Shown piece by piece: positions 45,907-56,729 of a DNA stretch of 64,000 nucleotides. A program made the translations under genes and the position numbers. The notes under the pieces were generated by a model. The model was given only the letters and a program-made list of their open reading frames with translations, was not told where the DNA came from and did not search any database. Source of the DNA: Candidatus Krumholzibacteriota bacterium (GTDB lineage Bacteria; Krumholzibacteriota; Krumholzibacteriia; JAJRXK01); NCBI GenBank assembly GCA_029262065.1, contig JAJDAC010000057.1:2094-66093 (forward strand), written 5' to 3'. Every line of letters starts with the position of its first letter. The first letter of the stretch is position 1.

Positions 45907-48900
45907 GTGACCATGATGTCAGTGTCATACCGTCGACTCCTCATTGTCGCGGGCATCGCGGCGATCGCGGCGTTTTCTTCGGCCCAAGCCCATGACGACG
46001 AGAGTCACACCGCGACGTTGGAAGAGGTGGAGCGCCTCGTCCGGCAGGATCCCCGCGGTGCCGAGCACCTGGCCGAAGGCTTGTTGCGTGCGGCCACCGA
46101 GACCCATGGCGCCGAGTCGATGGACGTAGCGCGTGTATACGACCTCATTCTCGAGTGCCGATTCCGGTCGCGGTCCAAACCTCCCGAAGAATCGATCGAG
46201 CTTGCCAACGACGTGGTCGCGCTGAAGCAACGCGTGGGCCCGGCCGAGGACCCCACGCTCAGTGCAACCCTTTACGCGCGCGCGATTCTGCATGAACAAT
46301 CGGGAAACATCGCTGCGGCCGAGGCCGATTTCCTGGCGGCGTTGTCGAATCGGAAGACGACGCTGGGAGAAGATCATCCCGAGGTGGCCCGGTCCCACCG
46401 TGGGTTGGCGATCTTCTACAGGAATCAGGGAAAACCCGGCAAATCCAGGGAGCAGCGCGAAAGCGCGTTGCGCGTGGCGGTGGCGGCATTCGGCGAGGAC
46501 CATGTAGGAACAAGTTCGTACCGCGCGGAGCTGGCGTCTTCCCTGATTCGACTCGGCGAATCGCCGGCCGCCCGCGATCAATTGAGGCGGGCGTTGAACG
46601 CGATCGAAGCCAGTGACCAACCGGCCGGTCCGGACCTGGTGCAGTGTCTCAATCTCCTGGTGGAGATCGAGCGTTCGGAAACAAATTTCGATGCGGCGCG
46701 TGAATTGTCGGTAGAGGCTGTCGAAGCCGCCCGTGAGGTTCATGGCCCGGTTTCCAGCGGCTACGCCTGGGTTCTGAATAGCTACGGACTTCTGCTGGCG
46801 CAGATCGGCGACTATCGCGGTGCGCAAGACGCATTGAGCGAAGTATTGGAGGTACGGCGGCAGGTGCAGGGGCCAACCCATCCCGCCGTGGGGCTCGTGC
46901 TGTCAGACCTGGGCAAAGTCACGGCGCGGCAGGGTGACAACGATCGGGCCATCGAGTTGTACGACGAAGCCATCGGAATCATCTCGGCCGTGGCGGGAGA
47001 GGAGCACCCCGACGTAGCTCAGATCCGAGTCATGCTGGCCGAGGTCCATCTGGCGCGGGGCGAATCGGCCCAGACGATTGATCTGCTCAACAGATCTCGA
47101 CCTGCGTTGGCGGAACTGGATCCCGCCGGGGTCGACGTTGCCTACTGCGATCTGTTCCTGGCGCAGGCGCTGGCTCTGGAAAACAGGGTTGAGGAAGCAC
47201 GAAGCGCCTACCAAAGCTCAGAGGACCTTCTCGAACGTCGTTTTGGCCGGCGCTCTCACCATCGCATGGCGTCGGCCCTGAAGTTTGCCGAAGCCGAACG
47301 GGCTTGGGGAAACCCGCAGCGTGCGTTCGAGCTGGCGCTCGAAGTCGAAGAGATCATGGAAGAGAACCTGCGCCTGAACGTTCGCACCATGGCCGAGCGC
47401 CAGGCCTTGCGGTACGTCGCGGTGCGTCCACAGTCTCTGGACGTGCTTCTCTCGCTGGCGGCCTCCGAAACGTTGGGGCAAGAACAGCTGAATGCCACCT
47501 TGAACGCGGTCGTACGTTCCCGGGCGCTCGTGCTGGACGAGTTGGGTCGCCGCAACCGCGGAACACTCGAGAGCTCGGATCCCGAAGTAGTGCAACTGGC
47601 CGACCAACTCAGCCAGGCCCGACAGAGATTGGCCGAGTTGTTCGTAGCGGGGCGGCGGGGCGAGGACGATGTCGAATTTGAGCGGGAGCTGAGTGCGGCG
47701 GCCGCGGCCAAGGAATTGGCCGAGAACGCGCTGGCCCGACACAGCTCGGCGTTCCAGGTCGAGTTCGAACAAACCGCCCGCGGCGGGCGGGACGTGATCG
47801 ACGCACTTCCTCCGTCGAGTGCGCTGGTATCGTTTGTAAGATTCAGCGACTCCGCAACCAAAATTGAAGCGTACGGCGCGTTTGTCACGAATGCGGGCAA
47901 CGGCGATTCCAAATTCGTTGCCCTGGGCAACGCCGAACAGATCGATGGGCTCGTACGAAATTGGAAGGAGAGCGTCACGCGCGGCGGTACCGTCAGCGGT
48001 CCGTTCGGGACCAACGAAGAAGAACGGTACATGCAGGGCGCTGAGACGCTGGCGGCCGCGGTTTGGAATCCCGTGGCCGAACACCTGAATGGTACGCGGC
48101 AGGTGTTCGTTGTCCCCGACGGGTCGCTTCAGGTGCTGAACCTGGCTACGTTGCCGGCTTCGCCCAGCCAGTACCTGGTGGAAACCGATTTGCGGATTCA
48201 CTACCTGTCGGCCGAGCGGGATCTGGTACCAACTCGCGAACGATCGAGCGCCCGCAACATGCTGGCGTTGGGCAATGTAGACTTCGAAAACCTCAACGAA
48301 GCCGAGGCTGGTGTACAGATAGCGTTTCGGGGATCGCGAAGTGCTTGCGAATCTCTCGACCAGATGGAATTTGATCCACTGCCTGCGACCAGCGTCGAAG
48401 TTGAAGCCTTGACGAAGATGCTGGCCAGCCAGGACTTTCGTGTCACCAATCTCCTGGGGCCCAATGCTACCGAACCGGACTTCAAGCGGGAAGTAGCTGG
48501 CGCCTCGGTGGTTCATCTGGCCACCCACGGCTTCTTTCTTTCCGAGACCTGCAACGACGAACTGCCGATGGTCACGTCCGAGAACGACATTCCCGAAAAT
48601 ACGGCTCTCGAGAATCCTCTACTTCTATCTGGATTGGTTCTGGCGGGAGCCAACACCCGCGGTGAGTCGAATGGGCTCGACGATGGCATACTTACGGCCG
48701 AAGAGATTGCCGCCCTGGACCTGTCCGCCAGCGAATGGGTTGTACTGTCGGCCTGTGACACCGGACTTGGCATCATCCGGGGTGGCCAGGGTGTATTCGG
48801 ATTGCGGCGCGCATTCGCGCTGGCCGGTGCGCGAACGCTGATCATGAGCTTGTGGGCGGTGGAGGATCAGGCGACGCGTGAGTACATGCAGGGCCTGTAT

Positions 48901-49044
48901 GATGCGCGTTTTCTCCAAAACATGACCACGGCCGAGAGCGTACGAGCTGCGAGTCTCAGCGTTCTCGAACGTCGACGGTCGGCGGGCGACAGCACGCACC
49001 CGTTCTTCTGGGGCGCGTTCGTGGCTACCGGCGACTGGAACTGA
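45907..49044 (+). CDS. Exported TPR-CHAT protease (no sigma or anti-sigma adjacent)
   Basis: Signal peptide ending AQA; TPR-10/12 repeats (GEDHPEVA, GPTHPAVG, GEEHPDVA); dyad VHLATHGFF and VVLSACDTG; terminal HPFFWGAFVATG. Confidence 0.92.
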   Translation: MTMMSVSYRRLLIVAGIAAIAAFSSAQAHDDESHTATLEEVERLVRQDPRGAEHLAEGLLRAATETHGAESMDVARVYDLILECRFRSRSKPPEESIELANDVVALKQRVGPAEDPTLSATLYARAILHEQSGNIAAAEADFLAALSNRKTTLGEDHPEVARSHRGLAIFYRNQGKPGKSREQRESALRVAVAAFGEDHVGTSSYRAELASSLIRLGESPAARDQLRRALNAIEASDQPAGPDLVQCLNLLVEIERSETNFDAARELSVEAVEAAREVHGPVSSGYAWVLNSYGLLLAQIGDYRGAQDALSEVLEVRRQVQGPTHPAVGLVLSDLGKVTARQGDNDRAIELYDEAIGIISAVAGEEHPDVAQIRVMLAEVHLARGESAQTIDLLNRSRPALAELDPAGVDVAYCDLFLAQALALENRVEEARSAYQSSEDLLERRFGRRSHHRMASALKFAEAERAWGNPQRAFELALEVEEIMEENLRLNVRTMAERQALRYVAVRPQSLDVLLSLAASETLGQEQLNATLNAVVRSRALVLDELGRRNRGTLESSDPEVVQLADQLSQARQRLAELFVAGRRGEDDVEFERELSAAAAAKELAENALARHSSAFQVEFEQTARGGRDVIDALPPSSALVSFVRFSDSATKIEAYGAFVTNAGNGDSKFVALGNAEQIDGLVRNWKESVTRGGTVSGPFGTNEEERYMQGAETLAAAVWNPVAEHLNGTRQVFVVPDGSLQVLNLATLPASPSQYLVETDLRIHYLSAERDLVPTRERSSARNMLALGNVDFENLNEAEAGVQIAFRGSRSACESLDQMEFDPLPATSVEVEALTKMLASQDFRVTNLLGPNATEPDFKREVAGASVVHLATHGFFLSETCNDELPMVTSENDIPENTALENPLLLSGLVLAGANTRGESNGLDDGILTAEEIAALDLSASEWVVLSACDTGLGIIRGGQGVFGLRRAFALAGARTLIMSLWAVEDQATREYMQGLYDARFLQNMTTAESVRAASLSVLERRRSAGDSTHPFFWGAFVATGDWN

Positions 49045-49084
49045 ACAGCGCCCGCCCTCTGCCGTTCACCAACGGTGGTAGTCC

Positions 49085-50293
49085 CTACGGCAGAAACGCC
49101 TTCACGTTCGCAAGCTTGCGCGGCAGGTACTCGTCGATCACGTAGTTCAGGCCATGCTTGGCCAGGGCCTGCTGCTCCACACGTACCCCCAGACGAATCT
49201 GTTTCTGCAACGCTTCTTCCCACTGTTTGTGGTGCTGGATGAACGGGTCGTTCTTGATGGCATCCTTGGCGCGCTTGATGTCCACCTCTTTCAGCGGATG
49301 CGTGGGAAGATCGTACTCGCGGATGTCGTCGGGGGTCACTCCCAGGAACCGCGCCTGCGGTACGCAGAAGTACTCGTTCATGTGCGCCGCATTACCGCTT
49401 CCCACTTTCAGGGTGCGATAGATGTTGCTGTACCCGTAGGGGTCGCCGTCCACGAATACGTAGACGGGAAGCCGCTTGTCATCGGCCAAGCGACGAATGA
49501 ACCGTCGACAGGCGCGTGTGGGTACTCCACCCAGGGATATCAGGATGCACTGCGCGGTGCGCCAGTAGGCGTGCTTTACCAAACGTTGAAACATACCTGC
49601 GGTCTCAATGGCCAGAATGAACTTGGCGTTGGTTTCGAAACGCAGACCCTCGACCGAAATGGGAATGCTGTAGGCGCCGCTGCCGAAACGCGTGCAGTCG
49701 ATCCTTAGCTCTTCGCCGGTTTCGCGGTCGTGGTCGATGACGACGAGCTGCCCGGCTACGTCTCCGCCCTTTTCCTCGGGAATGAAGCCCAGTTGCTCGC
49801 GGTTTACGCCGAACAGGGCCTCCACATCTTCCATGACCGTGTCGCTCTCGGGTTGCTCGTTGAAGCGGGCGTCGTCCCAGTTCTTGCTGACGTAGTACGC
49901 CTCTCGCTTGGTGGCGATGTCGTCGGTTTCAACCAGTTCCTTGCTGAACGCCATCATGCGCAGGGTCTGTGCGAACGTCTTCACCGTGCCCACGGTGAGC
50001 GTACGTTCTTTTTTCTTGCCCTTCATCTGGAAGTAGCCCTTGGCCGGTTTGTAGATGACGTTGGCCAGGCTCCGGATGGGAAACTTCATGGACGGCGTGG
50101 CTTTTTTCAGGATCTTCTGATGCACCGTGGAGGCTTCGGCCTGGATCTGTCTTACGACCTTGGTATTGGTCACGACCTTCTTCGCCCGGGTCGCGGTTTT
50201 CTTGCGGGGTGGGCCCTTGGGCGCCGCCGCTTTCTTGCGGGAAGTGGTCTTCTTGGTCGAGGTTCGCTTGCTGGTCGTTTTCTTCTTTGCCAT
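49085..50293 (-). CDS. top6A: DNA topoisomerase VI subunit A (Spo11-like)
   Basis: TKREAYY (catalytic Tyr), Toprim IETAGMF, GGVP, VDGDPYG, EQQAL. Confidence 0.93.
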   Translation of the reverse strand: MAKKKTTSKRTSTKKTTSRKKAAAPKGPPRKKTATRAKKVVTNTKVVRQIQAEASTVHQKILKKATPSMKFPIRSLANVIYKPAKGYFQMKGKKKERTLTVGTVKTFAQTLRMMAFSKELVETDDIATKREAYYVSKNWDDARFNEQPESDTVMEDVEALFGVNREQLGFIPEEKGGDVAGQLVVIDHDRETGEELRIDCTRFGSGAYSIPISVEGLRFETNAKFILAIETAGMFQRLVKHAYWRTAQCILISLGGVPTRACRRFIRRLADDKRLPVYVFVDGDPYGYSNIYRTLKVGSGNAAHMNEYFCVPQARFLGVTPDDIREYDLPTHPLKEVDIKRAKDAIKNDPFIQHHKQWEEALQKQIRLGVRVEQQALAKHGLNYVIDEYLPRKLANVKAFLP

Positions 50294-50298
50294 GTCGT

Positions 50299-51975
50299 CT
50301 ACATCTTCCGGCTGCGCTCGAGCGTGTCAGTGAGGGTGTCCACGACCTTCTTTTCCTGGGCCTCGCTGAGTCCCAGTATTTCCTGCAGGGCGATTCCGAT
50401 GTGCGGAATGTACTTTTCTATGTACGCGCGTTTCTTGGCCTCATCGCGTTCGCGTTGACCACGCCGAATATAGCGACCCAACTTGCGCCCGGATTCCTGC
50501 AGGGCCAGCTTCATTTCCTTGATGATCTCGTCGTAGCTGGCAACGGCTTCCTTGCTCTCGCTGGTAAACGGCACCCACACGCTAGCGATGTGCACCATGA
50601 GCGTCATGGGCGCGGTGGGTAGGGCGCCTCGGCTCTGTTGGATTCCGTATGATCGCCAGTTGGTGGCCATGACCGCCTTGAATGTGGCGCAGGCTCCCTG
50701 TTGGTACTGCAGCGGCACGCGGTTGGCGAAGCGCATGAGCGTGGTGAGTTCGTCGCCGGCGATGCCGCCGCCATACGCCAGGCCTACTTCGATCTGAAAC
50801 GGGTTGCCTCGATACACTGACGGCGGGCGCGTCACTGCTTCGTAGTACCCGGCGCCGGGGATCTGTTGACGCAAGCTGGCCAGCAACCGCTCTTCCCCAA
50901 TGGGCGACAGGCAATCCGTCGGCGGGGCGGGAATCCTGGTTTTGCGGATGTTCTTCACCAGCAGTTCGGCCTTTTCGGGCACCACGCGGCGCGGCGACGT
51001 GGTGTTCTGCAGGCCGGTTCCTTCGATGATGCTGGTGGCTGCCTTGGGGCCTACGCGGCTGAACTCGCTTTGGAAGAAGCCCTTCAGTTGGCGACTCTTG
51101 GTCTCCTTCATCATGCGCAGCAGCATGCCCACTTCCACACCGTAGGGGTGTGGCTTGATCTCGAGCGCCTCCTCGGGAAGGTCCTTCGAAGCGCGTTCGA
51201 AGTGCACGGGCTCCTCCCCCGGGCCTTGGTACGTCAGGTCTACATGCGGGTTGGCCAGTGCGGTTTGGCGTAGGTACGCCTCCACGCCGTGCTTGCCGCG
51301 CTTGTAGGTGCCTTCCAGCTCGATCGACACGCGCGTTCCGTGTGCGGCATCCCATTCGACTTCACGCTCGCGCTTGATGACCGGTTCATTCTTGAGCGTA
51401 TCGATGACCAGCTGGAAATACTGCGCGGGTTTTCGCTTGTTGATCCGACTTTCGATCTCCACCGGCTTACCCGTGGTGAGCTGTCCGTACATTCCGGCGG
51501 CGCTGATGCCGATTCCCTGCTGTCCACGACTTTGCCGCAGGCGATGGAACTTGGATCCGTAGAGCAGCTTGCCGAAGATGCGCGGTATCTGCTCGCGCAC
51601 AATGCCCGGGCCGTTGTCCTGCACGATGACCTTGTACCGATTCTCGGCTATCAGTTTGATCTCGACCGTCAGGTCGGGAAGGATGCCCGCTTCTTCACAC
51701 GCGTCCAACGAGTTGTCGACGGCTTCCTTGATGGTGGTCAGAAGGGCTTTGGTTGGGCTGTCGAAACCCAACAGATGACGGTTCTTGGTGAAGAACTCGC
51801 TGACCGATATCTCGCGCTGCTGGCGCGCCATGCTGTCGGCGGTGGCGATGGTGCGCGGGGCTGATTTCCTGGTGGCCTTCGGCGCGGCTTTCTTGGGCGC
51901 TGCCTTCTTGCGCTTGGCGGTTGGCTTCGCGGTCGCCTTCTTCTTGCGAACGCTCTTTTTCTTGGCTGGAGTCAC
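50299..51975 (-). CDS. top6B: DNA topoisomerase VI subunit B
   Basis: GHKL motifs [23 protein letters not shown]; transducer [10 protein letters not shown] and RFANRVPL. Confidence 0.95.
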   Translation of the reverse strand: MTPAKKKSVRKKKATAKPTAKRKKAAPKKAAPKATRKSAPRTIATADSMARQQREISVSEFFTKNRHLLGFDSPTKALLTTIKEAVDNSLDACEEAGILPDLTVEIKLIAENRYKVIVQDNGPGIVREQIPRIFGKLLYGSKFHRLRQSRGQQGIGISAAGMYGQLTTGKPVEIESRINKRKPAQYFQLVIDTLKNEPVIKREREVEWDAAHGTRVSIELEGTYKRGKHGVEAYLRQTALANPHVDLTYQGPGEEPVHFERASKDLPEEALEIKPHPYGVEVGMLLRMMKETKSRQLKGFFQSEFSRVGPKAATSIIEGTGLQNTTSPRRVVPEKAELLVKNIRKTRIPAPPTDCLSPIGEERLLASLRQQIPGAGYYEAVTRPPSVYRGNPFQIEVGLAYGGGIAGDELTTLMRFANRVPLQYQQGACATFKAVMATNWRSYGIQQSRGALPTAPMTLMVHIASVWVPFTSESKEAVASYDEIIKEMKLALQESGRKLGRYIRRGQRERDEAKKRAYIEKYIPHIGIALQEILGLSEAQEKKVVDTLTDTLERSRKM

Positions 51976-52192
51976 GGCTCTCGATTGGGCCAGGGTGGAA
52001 CGGTCATGCTCGGCCGCATCCTACTGGCTGGAGAGGTCGCTTGCCAGTGTTTCGAGAGCCCCTGGAAATCGGGAAAGGCCCAGAGCGCCGGGCCGAACTC
52101 GCACCTCCCACATGCGAGCTCGTCCATTGCTCCGGGCCATCCTCGGCCGGGACCCGTTTTGTCTGGGCCCCGTTCGTCCAGCTAGCGACGCA

Positions 52193-52753
52193 TCACAGCG
52201 ATCGCTGCAACGCCAGTCGCAGTCGCGGAAGTTCATTCGACGGAGTCAGGCCCAGACTCGCCCGATCCGATTGCACATTGGCCCACGAGCCACTGGAAGA
52301 CGCCAAGCCAAGCAGGGCCCCAATGGTCGCGGTGACGGGTGTGATGATGAAAAGGCTGCCCGCCAACACCGCAAAAAAGCTGGGCCGGTAGGCGGCTTCG
52401 CCGCCAGCTTGCGAAAGCACCGCCAGCAGCAGTGACGCGCCAACACCTACGCGTGCGCCGTTGCCGGCGTATCTGCGTGTGTTGCTTTCGGAATGGAGCT
52501 GTAGTTCCACGCCTCTGATGTCGTCGCGGGGGATCTCCAGCAAGCGATCACGTCGGCTCACCACGAGCTTGACCGTGTCGCTGTCTATGGCGTGCAAGCG
52601 GCCGAGCACGGGTCTGGACGTATGGTGCCGGCGGACCCGAAGCGTGTCTCCGGGCTTGAGGTCGCTGGCCGTGAACTCCTCGGGCGACGCCTGGACGGTC
52701 GCGTCGGTCAGCAGAATCAAGAGCATCAGGCAAAGAGCGATCGCGGGGCGCAT
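52193..52753 (-). CDS. Secreted or membrane hypothetical protein (small beta-barrel-like N-domain plus hydrophobic hairpin)
   Basis: GGAGG RBS, ATG 52753; signal ending VQA; Gly-zipper-like GAxxGxG...GALLG helices. Confidence 0.7.
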   Translation of the reverse strand: MRPAIALCLMLLILLTDATVQASPEEFTASDLKPGDTLRVRRHHTSRPVLGRLHAIDSDTVKLVVSRRDRLLEIPRDDIRGVELQLHSESNTRRYAGNGARVGVGASLLLAVLSQAGGEAAYRPSFFAVLAGSLFIITPVTATIGALLGLASSSGSWANVQSDRASLGLTPSNELPRLRLALQRSL

Positions 52754-52976
52754 GTGGATTCCTCCGGTCGTGGAAGGGGCGTTCATCGCCGATTCACGGT
52801 CAGAAGCTATTCCACGATTCGTGCCCGGAACCGATCCGATCGGCTAACGCGCCTTTTCGAAGCGGGTTACGAGCACCGAGGTGGCCCAAATCCGCACAGT
52901 CTGGGGAGTTCAGCGTAAACCCACAGATACACTCCGTATCTTTGGTACGCCTCGTTGGCTGCGGTAAATGGGACTC

Positions 52977-54230
52977 TCAGTCCACTTCCATACGCGTGAG
53001 CAGGTATTCCATTTCCCGGCGCGCGAAGCGTTCGTGGTCGATTCCCCATTCGAACCAAAGCACGTACTGGCGCATGCCCTTGCCCGCGGTGATCACGTTG
53101 ATCTCGCGCACTTCGTTCCTGTAGATCGCCGAAGCCGTCAAGTGTTGGCCTTCCAGCGAGGAGATACTGCGCGTCTCGCTTTTGTGCGGAGTAACGTTGT
53201 ATCCACGGGCCGATGCCTCAGCCAGGGCCGCGAAAGCAAAGTCCTCGTTGCTCATGATGCCTGGAAGTCGCGGCTGCATGGAGAGTCGCATGATGCTGTC
53301 TTCCGACAGATGCTGGGCCACGACCAGTTCGTTGTCGGCTGCGGTGCGAAACGTCCATCCGGGTGCGTTCATTTCCACGTTCACGCCGTAGGCGGGATTC
53401 TTGTAGTACGGCTCCACGCTCACCGCGGTCGACTGGTCCACCTGCATGGTCTCCATGACTACGGTTCCCAGCCCCAGCGTGGCGAGCACCAGACCGACCA
53501 TCAATCCCGTGTGGGCGGTGAGCCCGGGGATCAGCCAGGAGGGAGTGGTGTCGGCGGGTTTGCTGGTTGCGAACTGGAGTTTTCGCGTGGGCCCGGTTTG
53601 GCCACGGCGATTCGCTTCGTACATTCCATGGACGGCCCACAGCGCCACGACTACTTCGACCAGGATGGTCAGCAAGAGATTGTTGCCCGCGATCCAGCCG
53701 TGGAGCGGCAGCGCCAGGAGGATGACGGCAATGGCCGGCACCTTCAGATCGATCATCCAGTATCCGGCCCCGTAGAAGCACAGGTTCAGGAACGCCACGA
53801 AACGCGCGCTCGGGTCAGCCTGCGGGCGGCGGTCGGCGATCTCGCATCGGGTAAGGCTGGCGTCGATCACCGCATAGCAGAATACGATGGCAATGAGGCG
53901 TGTGGCCAACCACACCAGGTGTGGTAGTTGGAAGTATCCGGCGGCCAGTGCCCCGGCCTGGAGAGGGATCAGCGATAGCATCAGGCAGAGGCCCAAGCGG
54001 CCCCTACCCAGCAACCAATGACCTAGACCCGGCAAGATCAGACTGGTCAGCATGATCAGCCATAACGACGTGACCCGCACCGGGCGCCGTATCTGTTTGG
54101 ATTCGAATAGGTTGACGGAGTCCACGGTACACCAACGGCGAAGCGGGGAATAAGTGGGGGATACCCGGTTGGATTGGGTGAGAATTCCGTACCAGAACGG
54201 CGAAAGCGGCCGTATCGTTCGAGTTTGCAT
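52977..54230 (-). CDS. Multi-pass membrane protein with C-terminal extracytoplasmic PsbP-like domain
   Basis: LILPGLGHWLLG and FYGAGYW repeats typical of TM2-like units; C-terminal YKNPAYGVNVEMNAPGW. True start is probably downstream of 54230. Confidence 0.6.
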   Translation of the reverse strand: MQTRTIRPLSPFWYGILTQSNRVSPTYSPLRRWCTVDSVNLFESKQIRRPVRVTSLWLIMLTSLILPGLGHWLLGRGRLGLCLMLSLIPLQAGALAAGYFQLPHLVWLATRLIAIVFCYAVIDASLTRCEIADRRPQADPSARFVAFLNLCFYGAGYWMIDLKVPAIAVILLALPLHGWIAGNNLLLTILVEVVVALWAVHGMYEANRRGQTGPTRKLQFATSKPADTTPSWLIPGLTAHTGLMVGLVLATLGLGTVVMETMQVDQSTAVSVEPYYKNPAYGVNVEMNAPGWTFRTAADNELVVAQHLSEDSIMRLSMQPRLPGIMSNEDFAFAALAEASARGYNVTPHKSETRSISSLEGQHLTASAIYRNEVREINVITAGKGMRQYVLWFEWGIDHERFARREMEYLLTRMEVD

Positions 54231-54322
54231 GAGTTTGACACGCTAGCTGGTCCGGTCGGTACCGCTCTGGCTATACTGTGAAGGTCTGCGCGAACCCCCA
54301 CCCCCCGACGGAAGCCAGTTCG

Positions 54323-54817
54323 ATGTCTTCGCTCATGCGTGCCTTTTCTCTATCCGCGGTCATACTGGTCGCGGTGACAACCACGTCGCCGGTAGCGGCG
54401 AGTTGGGGTCAATGCTCGGCCACCAAAGCCGCCAACGAATTGGCCGACTGTCATGACTGTCATCTGTTCAAGGACCTTCTGACGACGGCCAAGAGCCAGG
54501 ACCTTCAGCTCGAGGTTTTCGAGCTGGAAAAAGGCGTACTGGTTCAGTTGACCGGCCACAATGAGAAGGCCGTTGGCCTCATCCACGAAACCGTCGACAG
54601 CCTTTGGGAAACGAAGGTCGCGGCCGAGGACGAAAGCCGATGCGACGGATGTGCTTCACGTCACGAGAAGTTGGCCATGGCGGTGCGCGATCGCGCGCTC
54701 ACTCCCACCGGAGCTATCGTGGTTCTCACCAGCGAAGACGAACAGGTCGTAAACTGGCTGCGCGACGATGCGCGCAAGCAGCGGTCGTTCGTGCAAAGCG
54801 TGGCGTCGGCCGACTGA
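54323..54817 (+). CDS. Small exported protein with CxxCH and CxxC motifs
   Basis: Signal ending VAA; CHDCH and CDGCASRH; first gene of an apparent operon with the two-component pair. Confidence 0.7.
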   Translation: MSSLMRAFSLSAVILVAVTTTSPVAASWGQCSATKAANELADCHDCHLFKDLLTTAKSQDLQLEVFELEKGVLVQLTGHNEKAVGLIHETVDSLWETKVAAEDESRCDGCASRHEKLAMAVRDRALTPTGAIVVLTSEDEQVVNWLRDDARKQRSFVQSVASAD

Positions 54818-54848
54818 GGTCGACCACGCCGAACGAGAGCACAGGGTC

Positions 54849-56705
54849 ATGAGCACCAGGGGAACACCGCTCACAAACCCGCGTTGGGTGCTCATCCTGT
54901 TCCTGGTTTCCATCATTCCCATTGTAGCGCTGGGCTATTCCGCCAATCGCAGCCTGCGCCAAGCCATGGAAAGCCGCGACCATTCAGCGGCGGCTTCGGC
55001 GGCGTACGCGGGTGAACTGGCGCAGACCCTGGTTCGGCAACAACTCCGCGAGTACTTCCGGTGGCGCGAGGAGAGCCTGATCTGGGCGCACCTCGAAGGC
55101 GAAGAACGCTTTCGCGCCACGCTGCGCGACATCTATCTGCGCAGCTCGCTGCTGGAACACACCGTGTTCGTGGCCGAGTCCGATCTACAGCAAACCATAC
55201 TGGCCGGCGGCGAAGCTCCCTCCCACATGAGTGCACACGAAGCGGCTGGCCAATACAAAGCCAAGGCGTGGAAATACGCGGTGCGTCAGTCCATCGTTTC
55301 CAATCTCGAAAGCGAAGCTCGTGAACGCCTGGGATACCGTCCCGAGAAGGGTACCTTTGTGCACTCCACATTGGTGGGCGAGGACGAGTCCGAGGAAGCG
55401 TTCGAGCCTCGCTTTCGTTGGATAGAAGTAGATACGAACTCTCCTTTCGGCGTGTGCGAAGACTGCGCCGAGTCCATCGCAAAGTTGGCGTACGATCAGC
55501 GCGAGGGTGTGTACACCCTGCTCATGGTGAGCTTTCCGTTGAAGGGCGGGAAGGACACCCAGACCGGGTTGTTCGCCGCGCTGGCTCCGCCCGATGGGCT
55601 CATCCAGGAGATCCTGCGCCCCGCCGCTTCGCGCTGGGCGGCCATCTGGGAAGCACCTGTTCCCAAGGGTGACATCATTGAAGGCGTGGAGCATGACTCC
55701 TGGCCCAGTGCCGCCAACGGCGAGAAAGAGCGGATCCACGGCATTCGCCTCGTCGCGCGCGAAGACCGCGTGATCATGGCCGAGGCCGACCTGCCCGAAG
55801 CCCCGCGCTCCGTTCTTTTTTCCATGCCCCTGTTGGGTGCCACCTCGCCGTGGGCATTGCAGATCTTCTCGCGCGACGGGCAGTCGGTTGACGCCGCGGC
55901 CCGGGAGAGCCGACGTTGGAACTTGTTGTTCGCGGCCACGGTTCTGCTGCTGGTATTGGGTGCGGTCGTGCTCACCCGTGGCTTTGCGCATCAAATCGAA
56001 GCGTCGAAGCTCAGCAATCATCTGCTGAGCAACGTCAGTCACGAGCTCAAGACGCCACTCTCGCTCATTCGGTTGTACACCGAAACGCTCGAGGCCGGTC
56101 GGGTGAAGGACGAGCGCGAGGGAAAGAAGTTCCTGGGCATCATCGGCCGCGAGAGCAAGCGTCTGGGTCATCTGATCGAGAACATCCTCAACATCCAGCG
56201 CATCGAAGAAGACCGCAAACAGTACAGCTACGCTCAAGTTCGCCCCGACAAGGTGGTGCGCGAGACGGTGGACAACTACCGGTTCCAGCTGACCGAGGAT
56301 GGCTTCGAGATGAAGCTGGACGTAGATGACAATCTACCGCTGCTGATGATCGATGAAGAAGCCGTGGCCCAGGCGCTCATCAACCTGCTCGACAACGCGG
56401 CCAAGTACTCCGACACCGTCAAATCGATCGTGGTGCGATGCCAGCAACGCGACGGCGAGGTATTGGTATCGGTCCGCGACCGCGGTATTGGTATTCCACA
56501 GCGCGAACACGCCAAGGTCTTCGACAGCTTCTACCGCGTGGAGAAGAGCCTGGTGCACAACGTCAAGGGCAGCGGGTTGGGGTTGGCCGTGGTGGCCCAC
56601 GTGGCGAAAGCGCACGGAGGCAGGGTCGAGGTCGATAGTACGCCTGGCAAGGGCAGCAAATTCACGATGCATTTTCCCGTCGGGTTCGACCCCGACGATA
56701 GTTAG
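54849..56705 (+). CDS. Membrane sensor histidine kinase (HisKA/HATPase_c)
   Basis: Two TM helices; H-box VSHELKTPL, N-box NLLDNAAKY, G1 DRGIGI, G2 GSGLGL; start re-picked at ATG 54849. Confidence 0.95.
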   Translation: MSTRGTPLTNPRWVLILFLVSIIPIVALGYSANRSLRQAMESRDHSAAASAAYAGELAQTLVRQQLREYFRWREESLIWAHLEGEERFRATLRDIYLRSSLLEHTVFVAESDLQQTILAGGEAPSHMSAHEAAGQYKAKAWKYAVRQSIVSNLESEARERLGYRPEKGTFVHSTLVGEDESEEAFEPRFRWIEVDTNSPFGVCEDCAESIAKLAYDQREGVYTLLMVSFPLKGGKDTQTGLFAALAPPDGLIQEILRPAASRWAAIWEAPVPKGDIIEGVEHDSWPSAANGEKERIHGIRLVAREDRVIMAEADLPEAPRSVLFSMPLLGATSPWALQIFSRDGQSVDAAARESRRWNLLFAATVLLLVLGAVVLTRGFAHQIEASKLSNHLLSNVSHELKTPLSLIRLYTETLEAGRVKDEREGKKFLGIIGRESKRLGHLIENILNIQRIEEDRKQYSYAQVRPDKVVRETVDNYRFQLTEDGFEMKLDVDDNLPLLMIDEEAVAQALINLLDNAAKYSDTVKSIVVRCQQRDGEVLVSVRDRGIGIPQREHAKVFDSFYRVEKSLVHNVKGSGLGLAVVAHVAKAHGGRVEVDSTPGKGSKFTMHFPVGFDPDDS

Positions 56706-56729
56706 TCTCCTTCGGAGGTCCTACCCAGA

